Shown one piece after another: positions 52,001 to 62,308 of a stretch of 64,000 nucleotides of DNA. A program made the translations under genes and the position numbers. This DNA is from a virus. The stretch lies in the IMG/VR virus record IMGVR_UViG_3300045988_108820, positions 32,001-96,000 of that record; one strand, given 5' to 3'. The notes under the pieces are model-generated. The model was given only the letters and a program-made list of their open reading frames with translations, was not told the origin of the DNA and ran no database searches. The first letter of the stretch is position 1. Each line of letters begins with the position of its first letter.

Positions 52001-52903
52001 TTTTATTGTATCTTCTATCTTACCTTCTTCTGAATTTCCAATTGCCTGTTCTACACTCTCTATTTGTTGTGAAACTGCATTAATATCAAGTCCATTATAC
52101 TTTTTACAATTATTTAATGTAGCATCTATTAAGGCTTTTTGAGAAGCTGTTACTCCACCAACTCTATAAGAGTCATATATTTTTTGAGCAACTTCTTCCA
52201 ATGTGCCAAACATTTGCTTAAGTCTTTGTACTTGACTACTTGATTCATTAAATACTAGAAGGTCTTTAATCTCTTTTCTGTCAAGAAACTTATTATCAGT
52301 AAATTGTACATTATGCATTTGAAGTATAGCATTTCTAGCATTAGCTGCATTATATACTGATTTATTAACATCAGCAGATTCAATGTCTATACCAACATTA
52401 TTTAAAGATTGTTTTAATATATCCCATTGTTGTAGTTGCTTTTCAACTTGAGCACTTCTTAATTGTGTTCTTGAGTTTCTCACATCTACTACAATATTAA
52501 ATTTATCTCCTCCAGAATAGACAGCAGCTACAGTACCTTTACTAGAATTATTATGACGCTGTGCTATATCAAGGGCATCTTTAGCATTAGTATAATCAAT
52601 AGGATTTCCTGAGAAATCAGTAGCTCCTATTGTTCTTGATACTTCACTTACCTTTCCTTCTGTAGATTCCCTAATAAATGACATTACATCTAGGTACTTT
52701 TCTACATCTGCAATCTTATGTTCACCTTGGTCATTTCTAGAATAACCTAGGCTATCCATCTGTGCAGCTACCCCCGATTGGAGGTAGACTGCATAGATGT
52801 AATTAGCCTTTGGTCTATTCCCTGTGACTTTAAGTAACTCCTTATAGAGTTTACTAGGTTTACCCTGTATTGTAGGGTATAATTCACATGAATTTTTAGC
52901 CAT
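49058..52903 (-). CDS. large virion/cargo-type protein (1281 aa), co-transcribed with the RNAP polyprotein
   Basis: Uninterrupted ORF. Its ATG directly abuts the stop of the upstream 3115-aa ORF. Confidence 0.7.
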   Translation of the reverse strand: MAKNSCELYPTIQGKPSKLYKELLKVTGNRPKANYIYAVYLQSGVAAQMDSLGYSRNDQGEHKIADVEKYLDVMSFIRESTEGKVSEVSRTIGATDFSGNPIDYTNAKDALDIAQRHNNSSKGTVAAVYSGGDKFNIVVDVRNSRTQLRSAQVEKQLQQWDILKQSLNNVGIDIESADVNKSVYNAANARNAILQMHNVQFTDNKFLDRKEIKDLLVFNESSSQVQRLKQMFGTLEEVAQKIYDSYRVGGVTASQKALIDATLNNCKKYNGLDINAVSQQIESVEQAIGNSEEGKIEDTIKALNKKYNLDFNEVVLVGNNIRSLSQAASEAAITLQRQLKKMKAEQGITPETTRLEQSLHTLMKEINSNRYYVGILGFLSEASTQIQEVEKILQNTPQSGSNLERASAIAKSLMQVKSITDGYKSILTSLSNIDSIISDERLSDTDKQIIKDQATKLVEFFDKHDKTLRELRLNTMTTIATEYLGDKLSNGMSVVNIVEMAEKDSTIYDYLYSIGRVSNPLIATMGNIIRDAQSSRDAKMNAISLRIRRAEHKLRKAGFKSDFMYEPNGYIISDIDWTAYYKARANFRKGLIGQGTRGLSVDEAIKNWEEANTEDRVVDLVSGRTERVPNSTYRKAFPKLTSEQQEYYETMMQIKGELGTLLPNYAQRQFVPPQIRRSFVDAMKAAVKKGSLRDLIKAIRTKLKDFTTIREDDDRYANNGIVNGEEYNIVSGALDNTPFRQIPIFYINKIKDKGELLKDFSSAIQHLAGTAINYEAMNNIKDTVEFMADFIKDQEVAAGRNYKSLDMVEDTGIRVYKQLRAFASNSNTIGIVDGFVDKFIYGVNIKNPGKYHMLLKNLLAYTSLKSLAVNVKGAISNYLVGELQMLVESGAMEFYNPIDYAWAHKKVFGDNIKGSVGRIMDFMTNNTNSKSVLLAQIFDPLNENFGELQHQRYYRGPLRHLLGKNFSFIGYGAGEHLIHFVNMYAVLHNTKIKINGKTKSLYDVFSVGNKVDGNSELIIDKNATYTDDNGQEVPIDDAFLEKIRKRIRYVNQTTHGAMNEEDKGLIHQHMAGRFIMNLRQWMVEHYSRRFRSSHYDATLGENREGYYNTASKFAYAMAGDIFRFQRESMLHWNEMNPMQKANCRRALSEILVLSSLLTLSFALGEPDDHKKEFWTRMWIYQTKRAITDINGSTPWGIPMEMNTLINSPIAASNVVNSFLYPFAGIGDINDTIKSGKHKGENKYFRNIQKYLIPFYGQIEQLNEMDTDNGVFQVFEKNNLQK

Positions 52904-55900
52904 TTAGCAAAGTTTTTTATATTCTTCTTCTATAGTTTTTTCATCAAATTTAATTCCAAGAACTTCAAGTCTAGATTTCATGAACTTCTTAACTTGTGAT
53001 TCAATAGCCTTCTTAAACTCATTGTCCATATTTTTATAATTTTGGATAGTACTTTCTGCATCTGCAAGTGTTTTACCCTTCGTCATATATATTTGGTGTA
53101 ATAAGTCTATTTGCTCTTGTTCACTATTAGTAGATTCATCTAACTTAGTTTCTCTATCCACATCTGGATTATTAATCTCTGATTTTGTATTATCTTCCAA
53201 GGATACTGAAGGAATCTCAAGAGGTTTCTCAATTCCATCAATGCTAATCTCTAGATAGTCTTTGTTACTTCCAAGAGGATTAATTTCTTTGTACTCAATA
53301 GATTCATCTTTTGATAGAACTTGCTGATATAATTTATCAACATTATCTACTCTCATTTTAAAATATTGAGTTTTCTGAAGATCTTTAACATCACTCTCTT
53401 TATATACTTCAAAGTTACCATTCTCAAGCTTTCTCATAACAAGATTTTTCTTTCTAGGAACAAGCTTGTTATTGTCCCAGTTATTTCTAATAAACTGGTC
53501 AAGGACTATCTCAGGTGTGCTACTTGGGAGTACTCTAAATGTATCAACATAACTACTAAGTCTCTCTTTCACATATACAGGAACTAAACTCATAAAGGTT
53601 TTAGGAGAAAATCCTATTCCAGCTCTAAAGAAACAGTACTTAAAGAGTTTTTCAGATAATTCTGGATTCACTCTATGAAGGTCAATCCAAGCACTACTTA
53701 GTCTTTCTTTTTGTAGAATATCAAGACCAGTAATATCAACCTGAAGAGTGGCTCTACCTCCTTTATCAGTTCCATATTTTATAGACTGAATGAGAAGATT
53801 ATTTTTATACTGTTCTTTGTAGTTTTTCTCCATAAACTCCTTAGGGAACTCTGATATAGTTTTACCTAAATCATTTGATTTTACTACATTACCTGCTACA
53901 ACAAGATAGGACTGATAGAAGTCACTTAAACTACTAAGAATTTTTCTATCACCGAGAATAACATCACCTATTGGATTTTCACTAGCATAAGTGAGGATAT
54001 TTCTAAATCCTGTACTATTAGCTGGCATACTACTAAATAAGCCTTGTGCTATTCCTAATGTTTTTCTAAATTGATTTAGAATAGGATGTGCAAGGAAGAT
54101 ATCATTAATACTAATTTCCTCTCCATCTGAGCCAAGAATATTACTCTCAGAAGAAAGCTTTTCCATTTTATGCTCGGTGATTAAATTATCAATAATCAAT
54201 GGACCCACTGCACTACTTATTGAGTTAAATCTAGTAGCAAATGTAGGCATCCTCATAGCGTCAGCAAGTCTTTGAAAGTTTCTAAATGACTTAAGAACTT
54301 TGTATTCAATTCTTGAATCCCTTGATTTTACACCTTTAATTAATTGCTCTCTAGTAAGTTCTTCTTCATTAAGTAAACTATTCTCATCAATATTTAGATC
54401 TTTCTCTATTTTCTTTATCCTATTTTCAACTACTTTACTTAAAGAAGTAAATCCTGTGATATTTTCACTACTAAATTGATTAAGAACATCTGATATAACT
54501 CTTTGAGATAAGAAGAGAGCAGCATCATCAAAAGGCATTCCAAGTCTTACAAGAGTATTAAGAATATTAGCTGTATTACTATTAATATTCATCAAGTTAA
54601 GTACAGGATCTTTAACAGCATCAGCTGCACTAGCAACTAAACTACCAAGTACTTTACCAACTGATTGTCCACTATTATCAAGTCTAACATCAATAGGCAT
54701 ATTACCTCCAAAAGTCATATCTGCTACAGTAAATGGTCTAGTAAGGTTACATGCATTATCTACATTCATCATATATCCTTCATTCTCTATTACTGCATGA
54801 GCAGTTCTATTAACTGCAAAGATACCAATAAGAGAACCAGCAGCACTATTTTGTTTGTAGAATTGTATATGAGTATCAATAAACATAAGATTCTTATCTT
54901 TACTACTTAAATCCTTGAGTTCATCAATAGACATCTTACTTAATTCATCATAGCTTTTGTCAGTAGTTCTAAGAGCAGTTACAAGATAACCCATTCTCTT
55001 TTGTGGGTCAAAGCCACCTGGATTTAGCATTTCTGCACAACTAGTTTCATGTGTTAATACCTCATAAGTCATATCAACAATCTTATTATTTCTATAAGTT
55101 CTTCCTTCTGTAGGTTTATTAACAGTAAAAGCATTTTGTAAATATAACTTAAGTAACTTACTATAAGAATTACTAGGAATTGACATGAATCCTTCAGCTG
55201 TCTTTTGATTAACTAGAGAGGCTCTATCAAATGGGTCTTCAAGAAATTGTCTAACCAAATCATTAAGTTTGCTTTTAACATTATAACTTAGTTTCCCTTT
55301 TTGAGACTCAACTAGAGAATCATATAATATTTTATGAAGAGCAGATTTAGTAATTTTATTTTTAGAAATACTGTAATCTTTTCTCATAAGATACTCCTTA
55401 TCAACATCAAAGTCTGAACCTGTGAGTAGTGTAATATCACTAGGTAACATAATACCATCACCAGCTTCTCTAGGTAAGAAACCCACAATCTTCAAAGGAG
55501 CCATACTATATTTAGCTTCAGTAGGAATTCTATAGCCAATCATCTTTAATAAATCAGGGTCAAGAGCTTCCAATGCTTCTATGCTAATGTTACCATTCTT
55601 ATCAGCGAATTGACTGAATAGATTGTTAGCATATATAGGAGCAAATACCTCAAAGTAAGCAATACCTCCTTGATTTTCTTTTATATAATCTTTATAGGAC
55701 ATTGTACCTTCAGAAACCTTTAATCCTTTGTATTTAGCATTAAATTTATCAGTTTGAGAAAGTTCTTTCTTTATAGGATTTTTTTCATATTCTGCTCTTG
55801 TTTTTAATAAACCTCCATTCTTGTCTTTAAATCTAATATTAAGTTCTCTAGAAGTACCAAAGTTAGTAACCTGTACAACAGGACCACCAGCTATTTCTTG

Positions 55901-58900
55901 TTTATTAACTCTATTCTTTATAACAGAGTTGACTAATTGTTCAACTCTTTTACTCTGAATAGGATCTCCAAGAGGTATTCTAAATCTACCATTTTCATCA
56001 ACCGAACAAGCTTGTAAGAGATCTATACCATATCTAGGACTGGATAATATTTCTCTTTGTAATATCTTACTAAGAGCTATATTTCTATCTTTTGTATTAG
56101 TACTTTGAAGACCTAGAGCACTCTCTAAACCACTTATACTATCTTCAATATTATCTGCAATAGTTTGTTCATACTCAGACTTAAATTCATCAGCAGATAT
56201 TTTTTTACCTTCAACTTCATAGGTTGCATCATTTCCAAAGCTATCTTTTGTAGCAAGTTCTGATACTACAATATATCTCAATTGGGAGCCATGAACTTGC
56301 TCATGATTCTTAAAGTGCTCAGGCACTTCTTGTTGTAAACAATAGTCTTCAAAAGGTAGCTCTTGAACATAAGTTTGATTATATTTACCTGTTTTGGTAT
56401 CTATAGTCACATCCTCAAGTTTTCCAGTCTCTTGGTTAGTTCTTTGGATTGTTTTAGGAGCTGTCTCATATATACAAGCCTCCATAACAGCTTTGGCTTT
56501 AGCTTCTCCATTGACATCATTAATATATTTATTAAGATTAATTCTGCCCATTAAGCCAGACTTTACAGTTGACTCAAACTGAACAGTATCAATACCATCT
56601 GTCTTATAGTTACCATCTTCATCATAGTGACTTTCTTCCATTACTTCATAGATTGCTCTAAGTAGGTTTGGTCTACCAGTGTTCTCATTTTGAAGAATAG
56701 CATCAGCCATTATAAGAAGATATTCAGAGTTTTTATTCTGTACAGGTATTTTAAGCTTATCAAGGGGAGCATTAGGTACACCAGAAGACTTTTCTATTTG
56801 ACTATAAACAAAGGGCTTTAGTGGTTGAAACGCTACACTTAGATCACTATAATTGTAATCTCCCTTTCTAAGTTTTTGATATATTTCTTCTGCCTTTTTA
56901 CTCCATTTACCAAAAATAAATGCTTTCTTTCTATATGATGTTGGAGAAGAATATCCTTGAGCATCTGCTACATTTATTTTTCTAAATGCACCATCTTTAC
57001 CTACAAGAGAGTCTTTTAATACTCTATAACCATCTTTTTCAGCTTCTGGAGCTTCAGCTATCTTTCTATCAAAAACAATTGATACATTGTCAATGATATT
57101 AGATACAAAGTCATCCCAGTCTTTAAGATAGAAGGTTCTTTCCTTTCCATCAGAGACTTTACTACCTTCATAGTCTGTAGCATCTACATTACCTCTTATA
57201 CCTGGAGCATGGATTTGTGCTAATCTCTTTTGTAAATCTTCTGCATCCTTATAATAGGCAATATCAGTTACAGTTAATTCCATTATGTTCATAGCTGCAA
57301 AAGTATCATTCCAAACAAAGTTTTCAAGATTAGATTTAATCTCTTCCTCTGTAGTACCAATACCTGAGATTTTCTTAGCTCCTTCCATAAGACCAGAGTT
57401 AATCCAATTCTCTACAATGGATTTAGCTCTAGTGTCTAAAGTATCAAAGATAGCTTTATTAGCAAGTTCATATAACTTAGCTTCATCTACTTCTTTACCA
57501 TTGATTTTATTGTTTATAAGTTTACCTAATTCACTATTCTTTTTATCTCCAGTAAGATAATCATTCATAAAGTCAAGGAAGCAGAACTTTTTACCATTTT
57601 TATCAAAATTCTTTATGAATCTTGGACCTTTACTATCGAGGTTTCTCATCAGTACGGTTTGGATTCTACTTAACTCTTGATTAAATATGTCCATCATACC
57701 ATCTGTAATAGTTTCTCTATAGTTAATACCTCTTTCACTATAAAACCTTATGAATTCAGAAGATGGCTTATTAGATAACATAGGCACCCTAAACCAAGCA
57801 GGTACTCTTGATTGTTTATCATTTGCACCTTCTGAAAAATACTCTGTAAGTAATGAGAGTGCATACTCCATATCACTCATATTCTTCATATAATTGTGCT
57901 TATTGAAACTGAGTTGTACTTTATGTTTAAAAACACTTCTAGCTTTACTATCAGTAGCTAAAGTTCTAAGCCAACTGTTTCTCCAACCTCTTTCAATATC
58001 TGTGCCTTCATGAAACCATGGTTGGTTTGCATACTCCTCGGTCAGAAAGTCATCAAAAGCCTGTCCCTCTTGACTAAATTTTTGCATTAACTTAGACATA
58101 TAAGAAGGAGTTACATAACTTTGATACATTTTACCATTATCATAAAAGGCAGAAATTGCAATATCTTCTAAGTGTTCTGTGATAGGCTTTAAGAACTCTC
58201 TCATATTACCATTGATACTATCTTTAGCCTTAAACTTGAAAGGTTCATAAGAAGCATTATCAAGATTATTTTCAAAAGATCTTATCATGTATCCTAAAGC
58301 ACTATACATCTTTTTAAAAGTTTCACTCGTAAGATTACTCTTTACCATATCAGGAGTTACATAATAACCAAATAAGCTTGAAATATAATCTAAAGTATTA
58401 GCAACTTCATCTTTATCAACTTCTTTAGATAAATCATATCCTGTATGCCTAAACTTTTCAAGACTGTCATAAGCAGATTTAAGTTCTCCAAATGATTTTT
58501 TATTTATACCCTCAGTAGTAAATAATGGATGTTCTCCTATTTTATACTGAGTTGTGACTTGCGTCATGGCTTCACTAAGAGCAGGATTTTCATTTACTGA
58601 AATACTTTTATATTTTCCATCTTCTTCAATTACTGTTGAATATGATTGAAATGGCTTAAAGAATGTTCCGTAGAATTGACTCTGAAAATCAGTCTCTTTA
58701 CCAGAAGTATCAGATAATCTATCAATAAGTTGTTTAACCCAAGGATTATCTTTCTGCTTTCCTTGTAATTTAGTTATTGCACTAGCCAAACTTAATGAGC
58801 CTTGTGTCCATCTAAGTATAGAATTAGTTGCTTCTCTTACATTTATTCTTTCATTGATACCAAACTCTGATTGTACATTGTTCCCATCTTTATCAAGAAT

Positions 58901-61900
58901 ATAACATTTAAGTAAGGCTTTCCTAACCAATTGAGACATAGTTTCAAGTATATCTTGACATCTAGATTCTAATTGCCAATGCTCTTGAAGATTACCTTCA
59001 ATTTCTTCCACACTTGCCTGGTCATTAGATTCATTAAAGTTATCTGCATCACCCACAAGATCTTCATTGACTTCATTAACTTTCCCATCAGGTGTGGATA
59101 CTATACTAAAATCTTCAAAGTTTAAGAATGAACTTTGTGCAAGTAACATTACAGCTTGCCAATTATCAGTAATAGCAGTAGCTTTATCTATTGTATCAAA
59201 GTTGTCAAAGTCATTATGTTCAGGAGAAAACTTCTGTCTGCACATTTCAATTATATTGTCAACTCCAATAGTTCTAACTACATCTGCTCTAGTCATAGAG
59301 GCAAAATCTTTGTCAGTACCATCCTTATTTTTAAACCTATCACCATAGATAGTTTTAGCTGCCTCTGGATTTTCTTGCAATTCAGTAATATGGTCTGAAA
59401 TCCAATATACAGCTTGTTCAGCTATATGTCTTACTTCTGTTGCAGAAAGGAGACTATCTCCTAAAAGGTTGTCTATTTGTTGCATCTTATCTTGTTGTTT
59501 TAATGTATATAAATCTTGTTCTTTTTCTTTTCTATCTATCTGTGAAGTTTCTTCTTGAGTACCATCTTCAGTATTAGCTACTTGAACATTAGTAGTAGTT
59601 TGTAGATTATTATCCTGAGACTCTTGCTTATTTAATCTAATACCTTTCTCTAGTTCTATTCTATGAATAGCATCTAAAGTAGCTCTCTTCTCTACTTCTA
59701 TTTTGTTAGGTGAAAGCCAATCTATTGCATAAGGAACTAAACTACCATAAGTATCTCTTATATCTCCTTCATAATAGTCTTTACCACTATCCTCCCAATA
59801 CTTATGACTTAATTCATGATATGTTACTAAATTTTTAGCATCTTCATCAGTTTGAATTATTTCTCTTAGTCTTTCTTCTGTATATCCTTCCTTTGCTAAT
59901 TCTTTAAAGACTACCCTTTTTTGTTCTGATGTGCTACTAGGGACTTCACCTTTAATATATTTAAAAACATCTTCTTTACTAAGATTCCTAGCAACTACTA
60001 TATTACCACTCCTAGTAAATCCAAGTTTTCCATTTAATATTTTCTCATCAGTAGTTTCATTTATAGGAGCTTGAAATTTAGAGTACTCTTCAAAAGTTCC
60101 ATCACTCTTAAGATAATCACTACTACCTTTGGAGTAATCATAAATACCCCCTCTTAAGTTTTTATTAGCAGAATTAAAATACTCTTGTGAAATAGAAATA
60201 ATTTCCTCTAAAGCTGAATCTTTTATATCTATTCCTTGAGATTTAAACATTTTATTAAATAAATTAGTAAGATAATTTATAAATCTCTTAAAAGCATTTT
60301 CTTTCTTACCTAACTTTATTTTACTTAATTCTACTTGAAAGGCTCTATCTGTTAAAGCTACAGCTACAAATTCTTTAGCATTAGTTAATCCATACCACTC
60401 AGTTCCCTTTAATTGTTCTTCACATTGTAGATATAGATTCCATACATTATTAGAAAATTCTGTTTGTACTTTATTAAAGTTCTTTATTTTAGACCAAGAA
60501 GGGTGATAATTTAAAATCTCAGCAGTAACAGCATGAATTAATTCGTGAGTTAATACCTTCATAATACCTCCCTTTACATTAGCTTTATCATCTGTCATTA
60601 GATAATCTAATAATAAAGCAGGATTAATTCTTATTGTAGCTGTTCTAAAATTATCTTGTTTTCTACTAGCTATACCATCTAAATTAGAGTCTATAAGTAT
60701 ATTTATAGGAATATTATTATTTCTTAATATCTCAACTACTTGTTTAAATAATTGGTGATATGGATTAGTAGGTTTTACTTTACTTAAAAACTCATCAATT
60801 AAAGAGTTATTTAGAGTAATACCTTCCTGCTTTAATATAGCTATAGCTCTCTCTCCCTCTATAGCATTCTCAATAGAGTCCCCTGATATATAGTCTTCCC
60901 TATTAAGCAATTCTAACTCCTTATTAATTTCTTCTTGTCTTGAGAAAGCTTGCTTTTTATGCCATTTATCTATTAAATTATCAGCTAACTTAGGGTTTTT
61001 TAATTCTGATAAAACATTATCTAGTTCTTTTAAATTGTGAATTATATTACCCTTATCATCAACTTTTATTCTAGTATTATAGCTTTTATTAAATCCAGCT
61101 GCCTTTCTTCTTAATGCTCCTACTTTTCTTTCTAATGGAAGATTTTTAAAGTCTTCTTTAGCTATATCCATTAGACTTAGAACATTACTAAGATTTTCTC
61201 TCTCTTTCTCTATAGACTTTATTCTATCATCTATTTTACTCTGTAATTGTGTCTTAGATTCTCCCTTATAAGAAATTCCAAGAGCTGATTTTTCTTCATT
61301 ATAATAATCTATTCTATCATCAGTTCTGGAGAAGGTTCCTATATTACTCTCAGCTGATTTAATTTGATTTGGGGTTGGAACAACTATTTCTTCATATCTC
61401 CCCTCAGCACCTGAATATAACACACCATCATATTCTTCCGTATTACCTATTCCCCTATTAAAGTTTTCAGCTAATTCCACATTTTTAATAGCTTCTTTCA
61501 TACTTATATTAGGATCTGTCCCTGCTCTTAATGGTTTTTTTATATTTACAAATAATTTCATTATATTACCATATTGAGCAGCTTTATTCTCTACGGAAGA
61601 TAAATATAATCCTTTACCATAGTATCCATCATCTGTGTTTTTACCAAACATTTTAGTATCTAGTATATTCCACTTACTATTGGTACCATGATAAACAACT
61701 AAAGGTTCACCATTTTCATCTACTACTTTAGAAGCATTCTCTGGGTCATTTTCCCAATCACCAAACCAACCTTTAAATTCTTTAGTTCTAACCTGAGCAT
61801 ATTGTCTTTCATCAAGATTAGACTTTTTACCGTTAGGAGCTAATAAATTACCTTCTGAGTCTCTTTTAGCATTAGATAAAATATACTTATATTCTGACTC

Positions 61901-62251
61901 AAATGTGGGATTTCCTATCATTAAATCATAAGTTCCATTTTTTCTCTCTACAATAGAAATACTATCCTTTCCAAATATTTTAACTGCATTGTTATACTCC
62001 TCATTAGCTAAGATTAGTGTGGGAAAGTTAATAGGAGATGAGTATTGCTTCTCCCATACTTCAATCATATTATGGTCTCCAGTAAAAGACTTTGGCTTGA
62101 GTAAATTATTTACTTCTTCTGCACTTGGAAATCTATCACTATTCTCAGAATTTTGTATCTTATGAATAATTAGTTCTAGAGCAGATGAGGATATATCTAC
62201 CTCATCAAGTAAAGTTTTAAACTCTCTTGAATTAATATTAACACAACTCAT
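52904..62251 (-). CDS. giant polyvalent protein containing the virion RNA polymerase (3115 aa)
   Basis: GYRIPTEAKYSMAPLKIVGFLPREAGDGIMLPSDITLLTGSDFDVDKEYLM aligns by eye with the catalytic double-psi beta-barrel of multisubunit RNAP beta-prime ([46 protein letters not shown]). The size and the N-terminal accessory domains fit crAss-like virion RNAPs. Confidence 0.85.
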   Translation of the reverse strand: MSCVNINSREFKTLLDEVDISSSALELIIHKIQNSENSDRFPSAEEVNNLLKPKSFTGDHNMIEVWEKQYSSPINFPTLILANEEYNNAVKIFGKDSISIVERKNGTYDLMIGNPTFESEYKYILSNAKRDSEGNLLAPNGKKSNLDERQYAQVRTKEFKGWFGDWENDPENASKVVDENGEPLVVYHGTNSKWNILDTKMFGKNTDDGYYGKGLYLSSVENKAAQYGNIMKLFVNIKKPLRAGTDPNISMKEAIKNVELAENFNRGIGNTEEYDGVLYSGAEGRYEEIVVPTPNQIKSAESNIGTFSRTDDRIDYYNEEKSALGISYKGESKTQLQSKIDDRIKSIEKERENLSNVLSLMDIAKEDFKNLPLERKVGALRRKAAGFNKSYNTRIKVDDKGNIIHNLKELDNVLSELKNPKLADNLIDKWHKKQAFSRQEEINKELELLNREDYISGDSIENAIEGERAIAILKQEGITLNNSLIDEFLSKVKPTNPYHQLFKQVVEILRNNNIPINILIDSNLDGIASRKQDNFRTATIRINPALLLDYLMTDDKANVKGGIMKVLTHELIHAVTAEILNYHPSWSKIKNFNKVQTEFSNNVWNLYLQCEEQLKGTEWYGLTNAKEFVAVALTDRAFQVELSKIKLGKKENAFKRFINYLTNLFNKMFKSQGIDIKDSALEEIISISQEYFNSANKNLRGGIYDYSKGSSDYLKSDGTFEEYSKFQAPINETTDEKILNGKLGFTRSGNIVVARNLSKEDVFKYIKGEVPSSTSEQKRVVFKELAKEGYTEERLREIIQTDEDAKNLVTYHELSHKYWEDSGKDYYEGDIRDTYGSLVPYAIDWLSPNKIEVEKRATLDAIHRIELEKGIRLNKQESQDNNLQTTTNVQVANTEDGTQEETSQIDRKEKEQDLYTLKQQDKMQQIDNLLGDSLLSATEVRHIAEQAVYWISDHITELQENPEAAKTIYGDRFKNKDGTDKDFASMTRADVVRTIGVDNIIEMCRQKFSPEHNDFDNFDTIDKATAITDNWQAVMLLAQSSFLNFEDFSIVSTPDGKVNEVNEDLVGDADNFNESNDQASVEEIEGNLQEHWQLESRCQDILETMSQLVRKALLKCYILDKDGNNVQSEFGINERINVREATNSILRWTQGSLSLASAITKLQGKQKDNPWVKQLIDRLSDTSGKETDFQSQFYGTFFKPFQSYSTVIEEDGKYKSISVNENPALSEAMTQVTTQYKIGEHPLFTTEGINKKSFGELKSAYDSLEKFRHTGYDLSKEVDKDEVANTLDYISSLFGYYVTPDMVKSNLTSETFKKMYSALGYMIRSFENNLDNASYEPFKFKAKDSINGNMREFLKPITEHLEDIAISAFYDNGKMYQSYVTPSYMSKLMQKFSQEGQAFDDFLTEEYANQPWFHEGTDIERGWRNSWLRTLATDSKARSVFKHKVQLSFNKHNYMKNMSDMEYALSLLTEYFSEGANDKQSRVPAWFRVPMLSNKPSSEFIRFYSERGINYRETITDGMMDIFNQELSRIQTVLMRNLDSKGPRFIKNFDKNGKKFCFLDFMNDYLTGDKKNSELGKLINNKINGKEVDEAKLYELANKAIFDTLDTRAKSIVENWINSGLMEGAKKISGIGTTEEEIKSNLENFVWNDTFAAMNIMELTVTDIAYYKDAEDLQKRLAQIHAPGIRGNVDATDYEGSKVSDGKERTFYLKDWDDFVSNIIDNVSIVFDRKIAEAPEAEKDGYRVLKDSLVGKDGAFRKINVADAQGYSSPTSYRKKAFIFGKWSKKAEEIYQKLRKGDYNYSDLSVAFQPLKPFVYSQIEKSSGVPNAPLDKLKIPVQNKNSEYLLIMADAILQNENTGRPNLLRAIYEVMEESHYDEDGNYKTDGIDTVQFESTVKSGLMGRINLNKYINDVNGEAKAKAVMEACIYETAPKTIQRTNQETGKLEDVTIDTKTGKYNQTYVQELPFEDYCLQQEVPEHFKNHEQVHGSQLRYIVVSELATKDSFGNDATYEVEGKKISADEFKSEYEQTIADNIEDSISGLESALGLQSTNTKDRNIALSKILQREILSSPRYGIDLLQACSVDENGRFRIPLGDPIQSKRVEQLVNSVIKNRVNKQEIAGGPVVQVTNFGTSRELNIRFKDKNGGLLKTRAEYEKNPIKKELSQTDKFNAKYKGLKVSEGTMSYKDYIKENQGGIAYFEVFAPIYANNLFSQFADKNGNISIEALEALDPDLLKMIGYRIPTEAKYSMAPLKIVGFLPREAGDGIMLPSDITLLTGSDFDVDKEYLMRKDYSISKNKITKSALHKILYDSLVESQKGKLSYNVKSKLNDLVRQFLEDPFDRASLVNQKTAEGFMSIPSNSYSKLLKLYLQNAFTVNKPTEGRTYRNNKIVDMTYEVLTHETSCAEMLNPGGFDPQKRMGYLVTALRTTDKSYDELSKMSIDELKDLSSKDKNLMFIDTHIQFYKQNSAAGSLIGIFAVNRTAHAVIENEGYMMNVDNACNLTRPFTVADMTFGGNMPIDVRLDNSGQSVGKVLGSLVASAADAVKDPVLNLMNINSNTANILNTLVRLGMPFDDAALFLSQRVISDVLNQFSSENITGFTSLSKVVENRIKKIEKDLNIDENSLLNEEELTREQLIKGVKSRDSRIEYKVLKSFRNFQRLADAMRMPTFATRFNSISSAVGPLIIDNLITEHKMEKLSSESNILGSDGEEISINDIFLAHPILNQFRKTLGIAQGLFSSMPANSTGFRNILTYASENPIGDVILGDRKILSSLSDFYQSYLVVAGNVVKSNDLGKTISEFPKEFMEKNYKEQYKNNLLIQSIKYGTDKGGRATLQVDITGLDILQKERLSSAWIDLHRVNPELSEKLFKYCFFRAGIGFSPKTFMSLVPVYVKERLSSYVDTFRVLPSSTPEIVLDQFIRNNWDNNKLVPRKKNLVMRKLENGNFEVYKESDVKDLQKTQYFKMRVDNVDKLYQQVLSKDESIEYKEINPLGSNKDYLEISIDGIEKPLEIPSVSLEDNTKSEINNPDVDRETKLDESTNSEQEQIDLLHQIYMTKGKTLADAESTIQNYKNMDNEFKKAIESQVKKFMKSRLEVLGIKFDEKTIEEEYKKLC
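55400..55414 (-). other. DxDxD metal-binding motif (DFDVD, aa 2280-2284) of the RNAP catalytic barrel
   Basis: Reverse-strand codons GAC TTT GAT GTT GAT. Confidence 0.8.
59804..59818 (-). other. second HExxH motif (HELSH, aa 812-816)
   Basis: Sequence context LVTYHELSHKYWEDSG. Confidence 0.45.
60533..60547 (-). other. HExxH zincin motif (HELIH, aa 569-573), MPTase-PolyVal-like
   Basis: KVLTHELIHAVTAEIL, with a downstream NAKEFVAVALTD (candidate third ligand Glu). Confidence 0.6.
61367..61789 (-). other. ADP-ribosyltransferase domain (ART-PolyVal-like, aa ~155-295)
   Basis: TKEFKGWFGDWEN...SKVVDENGEPLVVYHGT...GKGLYLSS...RYEEIVVPTPNQIKSAESNIGTF is the H-Y-E type pattern typical of ART domains in phage polyvalent proteins. 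Confidence 0.65.
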
Positions 62252-62276
62252 ATAATTTTTAATTAAGATTTTAGTA

Positions 62277-62308
62277 CAAAGTTAATTAAATTTTGCTTAG
62301 TTATCAAA
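62277..62308 (-). promoter_or_regulatory. Bacteroidota-type promoter for the RNAP operon
   Basis: The reverse strand reads TTTG-N20-TAACTTTG. The -7 box ends 26 nt upstream of the ATG at 62251. Confidence 0.6.

Noticed and set aside
41312-62251. Numerous 60-130-aa ORFs antisense or out of frame within the giant genes (for example 44206-44604, 46927-47205, 53366-53587, 59067-59348)
   Set aside because: All are nested in multi-kb uninterrupted ORFs with recognisable domains. They have no independent signals, and such ORFs are expected by chance at this length.
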